NCBI GenBank assembly: GCA_002269645.1
Contig: NIVC01001145.1
Coordinates: forward strand, 260,651-324,650
Direction: 5' to 3'
Length of the DNA stretch: 64,000 nt
DNA from: Macrostomum lignano
Taxonomy: Eukaryota
Position numbers and translations under genes: made by a program. Position 1 is the first letter of the stretch; each line of letters opens with the position of its first letter. Shown piece after piece: positions 38,281-48,039 of this stretch. Below the pieces are notes generated by a model, which was not told the origin of the DNA, did no database searches, and was given only the letters and a program-made list of their open reading frames with translations.

Positions 38281-39169
38281 CCTGCCTGCCTGTGCTACGC
38301 CTGAGGTTCGGTCCGCAAGGCTGCGAGAGCCTGTGCCACGCCTGAGGTTCGGTCCGCAAGGCTGCAAGAGCCTGTGCCACGTCAGGCCCAGGGGTCCTGA
38401 CTGCCCGGCTGGTCTTCGCTCGTCGCCGCGAGTCGTCGCTGGTCGTCGCCCTGAGCAACGCGCGCTGTCAACTGCGTTGAGCTCGAGCTTACGCTCTGCC
38501 AAGATAGCTCCGCTGCGTGTGCCAAGCCACGCCAGGTTACGCTGTGCGCTGATTGTTTGTAGGGACTATTGCCTGACAGTTAGTCTGGGTGGTTTGCGTG
38601 ATAGGACTTTCCCCTATTATAGGCTTTTTGTGGTTTGCCCCTGTCCGGCACGTATTTTTGTTAGTAGGACGCAATCTCTCTCGTCTCTCTCGCGTCATCA
38701 ACCTCAATTCGTTCTCTCTGGAACCTTACTCTCACTCGTGGTTGCTCCGTTCGCCTCACTCGGGCTCCTGCCTGAGCTTCATCTCGCACAATGTCCGGCA
38801 ACGGGGAAGACTTCGGCATGGCGCCTCCCGAGCCTGTGGCGGACCCAGTCGCCGCACAGGCAGTTAATCCACCAGCCCCAGCCACTGAACCCAGACCCAG
38901 CTATGGGCGCCCCATCTGCCCACCCGTTAGGTACCGGGCGTGCCAGGTGTCCGGCCTGCTCCAGCTGTAGGGTGGCAAGCATTAGTTTGTTCACGCCCTG
39001 GGCAAGGCGTTAAACTACCTCCTGTGGCCCCTGTTGGCCACGGGTCCCTGTGGCCCCGCTGTTCTCCGCCTTCCGCGCCGGTTCTCTCCTTCCTGCCTGT
39101 TGGGCGCTTCCGCGCTGGTCCTCTCCCCCTGTCTGTTGGGCGCTTCCGCGCCGGTTCCCTCCCTTCTGC

Positions 39170-39630
39170 CTGTTTGGCGCGCTGCGCCGTTCTCCGCCTG
39201 GCGCGCTGCGCCGTTTCCTGCCTTGGCGCCCCTGCGCGTCTCTGCCTGGCGCGCTGCGCCGTTCTCTGCCTTGGCGCGTGGCGCCGTTCCCTGCCGTAGC
39301 GCCCTGTCGCCGTTTCCTGCCTTGGCGCGTGGCGCCGTTCTCTGCCTTGGCGCGTGGCGCCATTCCCTGCCGTGGCGCGCTGCGCCGTTTCCTGCCTTGG
39401 CGCGTGGCGCCGTTCCTTTGCCTGGCGCGCTGCGCCGTCTCCTGCCTTGGCGCGCTGCGCCTTTCTCCGCCTGGCGCGCTGCGCCGTTTCCTGCCTTGGC
39501 GCCCCTGCGCGTCTCCGCCTGGCGCGCTGCGCCGTTTTCTGCCTTGGCGCTCCGCGCCGTCCTGTCTCCGCCTTGGGCGCTCCCTCGCCGGTTTCTCCCT
39601 CCCGCCTGTTTGGCGCGCCGCGCCGTGTCC
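39170..39630 (+). repeat. About 25-bp GC-rich array, most units carrying GGCGC-NNN-GCGCC
   Basis: About 18 units, e.g. TGGCGCGCTGCGCCGTT and TGGCGCGTGGCGCCGTT. Confidence 0.85.
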
Positions 39631-40523
39631 CGCCGCCCTTGGCGCTTGTCGTCGTTTGCCCGCAGTTGTTCGGGCTGTGCCTCCGTTCTGTGCCTCTGTT
39701 CCGTGCCTCTGCTCTGTGTCCTTTTGCCTCATCCGTCTTGTCACCTTTGTTCTGTGCTCCTTGCCTCATCTGTCTTGTCACCTCTGTTCGTCCTGTCGTT
39801 TTTTTTGTGCGTTCGCGTGCCCCGCGCGCTCTGCTCTGCGCTACTTTTGTAACCAATGTTATTCTCACTGCCATACCTACGTTGACTTTGATTTTCACCA
39901 TTCATCTACCTGTATTCATTATTTACTGCAGTCTGTTCCTTTGTTTTCGTATTCCCCTTCAGTCTCTTCACTTCTTTTTGCGAGCGTGTGAAACATCCCA
40001 TTTTGTTGCGGTGCCGGACCTCGAAAGCCGGGCGCCATAGGCGTTTTTCAACGCTCTTTCTTTTCTCTGTGCCTGTTTTTTTCTTTGCGCCTCTGTGCGC
40101 GTGTCTGGGCGGCGCCTGCGTCCCATTGGGGGCGAGCCCATGCGGTCCACCGGGACCGGCCCAGCGGTTGAGCCGTTTGTCGGCTGGCTGCACCCTGCAG
40201 CGGATGCATTCTGCATCGTTTACACACCTTCACTCCACTGCTTCCCTCGTGTGCTAGCTCTCCTGTCATTTTCATTGACCCATCTACGTACTACTTATTA
40301 TCTCACTTTCAGTAATTAACAATTCCTTAATATTAAATTAGTTTGTTTTAACTTTACATGCCTTCCTCACTTAAATTCAGTAGTTTTCAACAGACATTTG
40401 AATAATGACCCGTCCTACTACAATTTCTGTATGCGTTAAATTCACTCGCTAAAGTTCAGCTGTGTTTTTCTTGCCGTCACCCCGCGTGTTGGTTTTCTTT
40501 TTGCGCGACCCTATCCTTTTTTC

Positions 40524-40537
40524 GGAAGGGAGGCGAG
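40524..40537 (+). promoter_or_regulatory. Polypurine tract
   Basis: GGAAGGGAGGCGAG immediately precedes the 3' LTR. Confidence 0.85.
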
Positions 40538-41377
40538 TGTGACGTTGTCAGTTTAAGGTGGTCCCGAAAAGGGCCGTTGGACTGCTGTTCTCCATAGTCA
40601 TTCAACCCTTCAGTTTCACCGTTTCAACTAAACTTTTCCATTCGTTTATTGCGACGTTTACTTGTAGTAGTGCCCAACGATTTTGTGGCAATTTATAATT
40701 CATTGTATATTTTGCTATCCTCTCTCGCAACCGTATAAAATTGGCACGATCGATAATTTTAAGTTCTCTCGCCAGCCAATGAAATCACTCGTGCTCGCGC
40801 TACCCCCCTCTGCGCTCTTTTATTAAACCCCCCGCCTGGCGGCGGGCACTCCTCACCCTTGTTTCCTCCGTCCTTATCTGTGCCTCTCTCTCTCCCTCCC
40901 TGTCTGTCCTTGGCCTTGTGTGTGTTTTGCGTTCCTGCCTGGCTGCCTCGAGCCTCCTTATTTCTCACCACGGCCCCTCTGCCTGGGCCAGCCTGCTCAC
41001 ACACTTACTTGACTGTTTCACGCCACGACCTACGCCAACTCGCCACTACGTTTCACTGCCTTCACGGTGCTCATAGCCACTGCTCACGTCACGTCGCCAT
41101 TGTGTCATTCGCCTGCCACTTGACTTCACATCCAAATTATATTCAACCCATTGCTGCAGCCGCCAGTGCCCAGAAAGCTATAGCCTGTTTATTGCCAGTA
41201 ACAACCAAACTTAATACTGATATTAATAATAAAGACAACTACGGCAGTTCCTGCCTTTATCGCCAAGTGCTCCGCTACAAAATCCGCTTTACAAGAATTG
41301 ACTTCAACTTTTTTTGGGACTAAAACGGCCCTTTTAAGGGTCACCGCATAGCTGGCCGCTACGCCAATAACGTGACA
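40538..41377 (+). repeat. 3' LTR
   Basis: Near-identical 840-bp copy of 37058-37897. Confidence 0.95.
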
Positions 41378-41825
41378 GGAATTATTTTACTTATTATAAG
41401 TAAGTTACACGCGCACAAATTATAAATCCCATTCATAGCTCACTACGTAGATTCAATTAAAGCTTATATACGAATAATTGTATTTCTTGGAAACATTGCG
41501 ATAAGCAAAATAAAAAATGCAAAGACTACATCTAATTCTAAATCTGAAAATTACTAGTAAATTATAAGTATTAAAAATAAACTATAAATTAATTTCAGCC
41601 ATTTATAAAACTTATTTTGCTACTTATTTTAAAAAGTCGTTTCGTCTGCCGGCAGACGAAAAGGCGGCAGACGAAATGACCGCGCACCAATTAATCTATG
41701 AACCATTTTAAGTAACAATAACTACTTTTAAAAGACTTAAGCCTGAGTAAGCACTATTTCTATGTTTCAATTAAAACTATTGTATTTGATAGGGCCTACC
41801 AACATTAACAAGCTGCAGTAGGCCT

Positions 41826-42790
41826 GGCATTCCTTCCGTTTACGATCATTTTTCCACCCACATTTCGGTTCACGATCCCCATGTAATTTTTCATATAAAT
41901 GATCATAGCTTGCTTGAAATAAACAAAAATTGTTAAACTGAGCTTATTCGTTACATTAAAAAAACTGAACGGAATAGCCGACAAATGGTTTCTTTCATGG
42001 CATGGCGATGACGAGGATCCTATATATCCACTTCGGTTTACGATCATTTAAACGGAAGCAATACATGTAAATGATCGTGAACCGAAGCTAGCGTATGTGT
42101 GTAAGGGGGTTTTGGTGTTTTACAAGCTCTATCTAAAATCGATCACTATCTCAATACATGGCTAGCTTTGGTTCACGATCATTTACATGTATTTCTTCCA
42201 TTTAAATGATTGTGAACCAAAGCTAAGGGGGGTGTCGAAGACATATGTAGTCATATATTTATTTGTTGGCTTGTTGGCAATTGAAATGTCATCTTGAGTT
42301 AACGTGCGCTCCCAAGTAACTTGATGCTTTATTATTCTCTGCACGCTGCCACCCCCTCAGCTTCAGTTTACGATCATTTAGATGTAAGCAATATGTGTAA
42401 ATGATCGTGAACTGAAGCTAGCCATGTATTGAGATAGTGATCAATTTCAGATAGAGCTTGTAAAACACCAAAACCCCCTTACACACATACGCTAGCTTCG
42501 GTTCACGATCATTTACATGTATCTCTTCCATTTAAATGATTGTAAACCAAAGTGGATATATAGGATCATCTTTGGATTCTTGGAACTGTGAAATGGATCA
42601 CTATAACCCCTTTACCTTCTTTTTTCATTTGAACATGCAGCTAGTGTTATGATAGATAAATAAAAAGGATTGGAGTGCTTGTCTACTGATTTTTTTGCAT
42701 TTTGATGAAATAGACAACAATTTTGTATCTTCCCTATCTCTCCAATGGGGATCGTCACTAATTTCAATGATCGTAAACCGAAGAAATGCC
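41826..42790. mobile_element. MITE/foldback-like TIR element (965 bp)
   Basis: TIR GGCATTCCTTCCGTTTACGATCATT versus GGCATTTCTTCGGTTTACGATCATT. 8-bp TSD GTAGGCCT at 41818-41825 and 42791-42798. Internal inverted modules at about 42020-42220 and 42360-42570. Confidence 0.85.
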
Positions 42791-43322
42791 GTAGGCCTAG
42801 TCTATGCCCAAATATTGCTAAAATGTTAACAAGTCAGCAAATCTTAACAGAACAAGTTGTCAGATGTTCAACAAAAAAGCATTATATGCTATAATAGGGA
42901 ATCCAATATAGAATAGGGGCCTATTCCTAAATGGCTTCACTGGGTACAGTTGATACTATATAAATTCTTCTTATCTAAGTTATATTTTAAATAGGGCTTA
43001 TGAAGTCCTATCCTATGCATGGCATGCAGCTTAGTGTTGCAAATAGCTTAGCATATTTTTATAAATGTCTAACATATATTTACTAGATTTTTTGCTAGAG
43101 GCAAAGTGCATAATGGCACCTTATATTCAATTTGAAGGGACAATTTTAAGGCTTATTGTGCAATTTCTCTTTTTTAAGGTAGGCCTAGTATAAATAAGGC
43201 TTAAAAAGATAAATAGATTAGAATACATCTAAATTGCAACCACTTTTTTCAATTTCAAAGTGTGGTTTAAAATTTCGGGGTATATTTATTTATTCTATGC
43301 ATAATAAACTAAGCTTGGGTAT

Positions 43323-43596
43323 AACCTAGGGATTTACTTGGCCATTTCTATTGGCAACACACATATGTAAATTGCTATTGGATAGAATAGTAGGGCAATC
43401 TTCAAGTTTCGTTTGTTTAATTATTTCCGGAATTATTTCGCCCTCTATTCAAGGGTGGTGGGGGGTGGGTGTTGAAATTAAACGAACGAAACTTGAAGAT
43501 AACCAATAGTAGACATGTGACTATTCTTAGCCAATAGCAACTTCCAACTTAAAAGTATATGTTGCTAAAAGAAATGGCAAAGTAATTCCTAAGGTT
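43323..43596. mobile_element. Degenerate palindromic (hairpin) MITE-like sequence
   Basis: Arms AACCTAGGGATTTACTTGGCCATTTC and GAAATGGCAAAGTAATTCCTAAGGTT, with inner pair ATCTTCAAGTTTCGTT / AACGAAACTTGAAGAT. Confidence 0.6.
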
Positions 43597-43613
43597 GCAA
43601 ATGTATATTCAAA

Positions 43614-44232
43614 GGTAACAATCCACTTTGGTAATAGCCACTCTGGTAATAAATGATGACCAATTTGGTAACAGCCATTTTGGTAATAGCCACTTTGGTA
43701 ACAAGTGGAAATAACAGTATGTATTGATCAATATGCTCAAAAGTATTTGCAGACAAACTTTAAAGAAAGATAAAAATAATTGAGATATGTTTTTGTACCA
43801 TTCAAGATTTGGATTAATGCAGAAAACTATGTATATTTTTAATCAACATGTATTTTAATTTTAATTTCCAGGTGCACCAGATGCATGCAAGCTGGGACAT
43901 CCTATTGACCAAATATTTTGTATGGTCTACATTAGAATCTCTAAGTTAGCACCTTGATATTATAGAATCTACTTTTTTCTTCATTAATTACTTGGGCCCT
44001 ACTTCAAATTTTCAATTCTCACTGCATAATGTTCTCATGAAAACTAACATACATTTTTAAATAAATTCCAATTCAGTTTAACAAGAAAATTAGGCCATAC
44101 TTGGGAATTTAATATTTGAAATATTTATTATTAATCCAGTAGTTCTTAAAGTTTCTACTATTTAGATATAGTGTTGGTAGTTGTAAATCTTCTTTGTTAC
44201 CAAAGTGGATATTACCGAAGTGGATTGTATTC
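43614..44232. mobile_element. Probable degenerate MITE with about 33-bp TIRs
   Basis: ACAATCCACTTTGGTAATAGCCACTCTGGTAA versus the reverse complement of TTACCAAAGTGGATATTACCGAAGTGGATTGT. TSD not convincing. Confidence 0.5.
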
Positions 44233-44654
44233 TATAAAAAACCTAGATATTTAGTATTTACCCTTAGCTATATAGGTAGACCCTTAGAGCAATTAACAAA
44301 GCTTGCTAAATATGTATGTGGAAAAAGTATGTTTTATAGAGTAGAAAGGGTGTACTTTGGAAAAGGGAAAAAAGTTTTTAACCAGGCTAGAATAATATGT
44401 CTTTCCTTCTCATACATGCCCAACACCTCTCCAACCCATCCAAACTAGACAGGTGAAATGGCCACCAGCCAAGGTAAGTTGCAAAATTGAAAATGTGAAA
44501 AAGGAAAAATTGGAGGAAGAAAGAAAGGAGAGGAAGAGAAAAGGAAAAGAAAGAAAGGAGAAAAGAGAGGGGAAAGAGGAGAGAGAAAGAGAAGGAGAAG
44601 AAAAGAGAAAAAGGCAAGAAAAGTCATATACAAAGTGAAGATTAAGTTGCAATC

Positions 44655-44905
44655 AAGGGAACTAAGTCGCAATCAGGGGAACTAAGTTGCAATTGGGAGG
44701 AACTAAGTCGCAATCAAGAGGAACTAAGTTGCAATTAGGAGGAACTAAGTCGCAATCAAGAGGAACTAAGTCGCAATCAAGAGGAACTAAGTTGCAATTA
44801 GGAGGAACTAAGTCGCAATCAAGAGGAACTAAGTCGCAATTGGGAGGAACTAAGTCGCAATCAAGAGGAACTAAGTTGCAATTGGGAGGAACTATGTTGC
44901 ACTAA
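44655..44905. repeat. 21-bp minisatellite (GAGGAACTAAGTCGCAATCAA)
   Basis: Directly visible. Confidence 0.92.
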
Positions 44906-45843
44906 ACAAGTGAAGTTTTGAGGTTGGGCATGTATGTTCCTTCTAGCCATTAGACATGCATATCCTACCAAGGGTAAATTAGCCAATAAGGGCTTAGCCT
45001 ACACTAATAAGAAAGTTAAGTGATACACTTTTATCCAAACAATGTATGGAATACCTAAGGGACAAAGGGCTCATTATATAAAGCCATTGTAAGATAAGAT
45101 CATTCTTAGCTCCTATCTCTACAGTGTAAAAGTTCCAATGTACAATCAAACTTATGCTACAACAGCTTTATAGTACGAACCCAAATTGCATGTTAAATTA
45201 AATACTATAAAATATATCTATGTTGTGTAGGGCTTGAATCTATTACTTGTATTTCTTTTTTGACATTAATAATTATCAATCTTAATATAAATCACTATCT
45301 AAATTATTGAGTCATATAATATATTTTAGATTTATATAGATAAAGTTATAATTCTTTAAATTAGTTTATCTTACATTTCCTTGGTTTAAACCTAGCATGA
45401 AATCTTTGTTATAAATGAGAGTTTTTAACAAAATTGCAACAATTTTTGTGTATTTTCTGAACTTGAATGAATTTGACAATCTTAAATTGAATTAGTTATA
45501 TTGTTGTCTCTTAGTGCATCATAAATGTAGCACTTTTTTCTGTGCATCACAATGTCCTACAATGTTTTTGTGAATGCAAATATCATTGCATTCCGTAATG
45601 GTAGAGATTGAACAAATATTCAGAATTGAATTGAATCAACCAAATATTCAGTTCAAATTGGAATCAGAAAGCTGACTAATCTAAATATCAAATAGTTGCT
45701 TTGATGTGAAGCAAAGATTTGGAGCAAGTCAAGAGTTGAGTATTGGTGTTGTGGCTCATAAATGAAGGGAAGGAATTAGGGATAAATATGAATAGATTAA
45801 CTATCACTTCGGCAACAACTAACCTCTCCAATATAATTTTCAG

Positions 45844-46377
45844 GGTGTAGCCCTCGCCAAGCTTAGGCGCCTGTTTGGCAGCCGTCAATGCAAACTGCTT
45901 CTAGTAGGACTAGACAATGCTGGCAAAACCACTGTACTCTACCAGCTAGTGCTGGGCGAAACTGTCCATACTGCTCCAACTATAGGATCCAATGTTGAAG
46001 AGTTGCAATGGCGTGGACTGAAATTTTTATTGTGGGATCTTGGCGGACAGAGTTCAGTGCGGTCTACCTGGGAGTCATATTACTCTGGCACAGATTTTGT
46101 CATACTGGTTGTTGATTCCTCAGACCGGAAGCGTCTTGAACTGATTAAATCCGAGCTGTACAGTATGCTGTCATCCGATCAGCTGCGCAAGGCATCCCTA
46201 TTGGTTCTAGCTAATAAGCAGGATGTTGCTGACAGGTTAACTGCAGCCGAGATTAGTCGAGCACTAGACCTCACCTGTCTGCGCTGCAGGCCTTGGCATA
46301 TTCAAGCTTGCTGCGCCTTGAGCGGAGAAGGTCTCACAGCGGCTATGGAATGGTTGGTTTGTCAGGCAAAGGTTTAA
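45844..46377 (+). CDS. ARL5: ADP-ribosylation factor-like protein 5; main exon begins at Gly2, with the initiator ATG supplied from elsewhere
   Basis: After TTTCAG| the frame reads GVALAKLRRLFGSRQCKLLLVGLDNAGKTT..HTAPTIGSNVEE..WDLGGQ..NKQD..WHIQACCAL.GEGL..MEWL. GLDNAGKTT, PTIGSNVEE and ACCAL are ARL5-diagnostic. One added Met gives 178 aa. A possible cis donor ATG|GTAGAG lies at 45598-45606. Confidence 0.92.
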   Translation, partial: GVALAKLRRLFGSRQCKLLLVGLDNAGKTTVLYQLVLGETVHTAPTIGSNVEELQWRGLKFLLWDLGGQSSVRSTWESYYSGTDFVILVVDSSDRKRLELIKSELYSMLSSDQLRKASLLVLANKQDVADRLTAAEISRALDLTCLRCRPWHIQACCALSGEGLTAAMEWLVCQAKV

Positions 46378-46464
46378 CAAAAAAAAACAATAAAGAAATA
46401 AATTTTCCTTGTTAAAGGATTGTGTAAAATTTCGTACTTTGAGAAACAGGAATCTGGATTTTGA

Positions 46465-47120
46465 AATCCCAGGATCCCGATCCTCAAATCCTAAAATTCC
46501 GACCCTGAAATCCTAAATACCGATCCCGAAATCCTAAATACCGATCCTGAAATCCTAAATACCGATCCCGAAATCCTAAATACCGATCCCGAAATCCTAA
46601 ATACCGATCCTGAAATCCTAAATACCGATCCCGAAATCCTAAATACCGATCCCGAAATCCTAAATACCGATCCCGAAATCCTAAATACCGATCCTGAAAT
46701 CCTAAGATCCCGATCCTTAAATCCCCGGATCCCGATCCTGAAATCCTAAATACCGATCCTGAAATCCTAAGATCCCGATCCTTAAATCCCCGGATCCCGA
46801 TCCTGAAATCCCCGGATCCCAATCCTAAAAATCCTAAGACCCCGATCCTGAAATCCTAAGATCCCAATCCTGAAATCCTAAGATCCCGATCCTGAAATCC
46901 CGGGATCCCAATCCTGAAATCCCCGGATCCCAATCCTGAAATCCCCGGATCCCGATCCTGAAATCCCGCGATCCCAATCCTGAAATCCTGGGATCCCGAT
47001 CCTGAAATCCCGCGATCCCAATCCTGAAATCCTGGGATCCCAGGATTCCTGTGTCTAAAGTCCGCGATCCTGAAATCCAAAGATCCCAATCCTGAAATCC
47101 CGGGGGATCCTGAAATCATA
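46465..47120. repeat. 21-bp minisatellite (CCGATCCCGAAATCCTAAATA and variants)
   Basis: Directly visible; starts about 90 bp after the ARL5 stop. Confidence 0.93.
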
Positions 47121-47424
47121 CGAGCGTAATTTCAAATGAAATAAGTAGGGCTAAAAATTTTCTTAACTAATCTAGTTCTTAACTAAGAACTAATCTACAC
47201 TTCCCGACTGGATGCCTGCATAAATTTGAATATGGCTGCATAAATGGCACACATGCAGACCAGTTTAGCAGCAATAATTCTCAGGTGTGGGCAAATGCTT
47301 AGCGAAATTTAAGCTTCGTATTTCTACTATCGAGTCTTTTAAGTACTTGCAGTTGCAATAGCAAATTTTGGTGATAGTATGGTATTGTATAATTAGAAAT
47401 GATTTAGCACTCACAGTGGTGTAA

Positions 47425-47716
47425 ATGGTATATATTCCCCATTTATTTTGTTGTCTAGCGGGCAAAGGCAAGAGGTGTCTCGTTTATTGACCGAGGCGAA
47501 GCCGAGGTCAATGATCGAGACACCGAGTGCTTTTGGCCCTAGACAGCTAAATGAGTGGGGAATATGATATGTATCCCCCGTTCGTTGTCTATGGTTGTTG
47601 TCTCGAATTTATCAGCCCGCGGGGCAGCGGGAAATAAATGATTTATTCACCTAGGGAAATAAATGAAAACATGCGTCACATAGACACTCGCCCGGGGCAA
47701 AAGGGGGATACATAAG
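47425..47716. mobile_element. Palindromic non-autonomous element centred on GACCGAGGCGAAGCCGAGGTC
   Basis: Long imperfect hairpin at about 47431-47565, plus a second inverted pair ATGTATCCCCC / GGGGGATACAT. Confidence 0.55.
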
Positions 47717-48039
47717 CGTTTATAATTTTGCGACCATGACATTTTTTATTTAGCCTTCCCCAAATGCATTCTATGCTATCTTTGAACTTATTTTTGTCCG
47801 TTTTATTTTATCATTTATTTAGCGCCCCTAAGGTTAACACACAGGCCAAAGATGCTTCTATTTTTTATGACGTAATATATCGGTTATTATTTTACTAAAC
47901 TATAAAATGCAATTGAAGCTTGCAAATGCCAATTAGTAAATGTAATTATAAGAATGCGCCGATTTTGGTGGCAGTTTGTCTTAATATCGTCTTAGATTGG
48001 TCTTCTTTATTTATTGAAACATTACTTAACTCGTTGCAG

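Larger units (their letters stand above)
37058..41377 (+). mobile_element. Non-autonomous LTR retroelement (4320 bp; TRIM/LARD-like)
   Basis: Two 840-bp direct repeats with TG...CA ends, 5-bp TSD GGAAT (37053-37057 and 41378-41382), a PBS and a PPT. No RT, IN or PR motifs were seen in the 2640-bp interior. Confidence 0.95.
36706..41688. mobile_element. Non-autonomous TIR element (MITE, about 660 bp without the nested LTR element), possibly Mutator-like
   Basis: Left end GGTTGACGGTCGTTTCGTCTGCCGCC versus reverse complement of right end GGTGCGCGGTCATTTCGTCTGCCGCC. Perfect 8-bp TSD AATTAATC at 36698-36705 and 41689-41696. Superfamily assignment is inference. Confidence 0.8.

Noticed and set aside
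38927-39991. ORFs of 228-324 aa inside the LTR element as a possible gag
   Set aside because: They arise from the GC-rich 25-bp array, are open on both strands, and show no zinc knuckle, capsid, protease or RT motifs.
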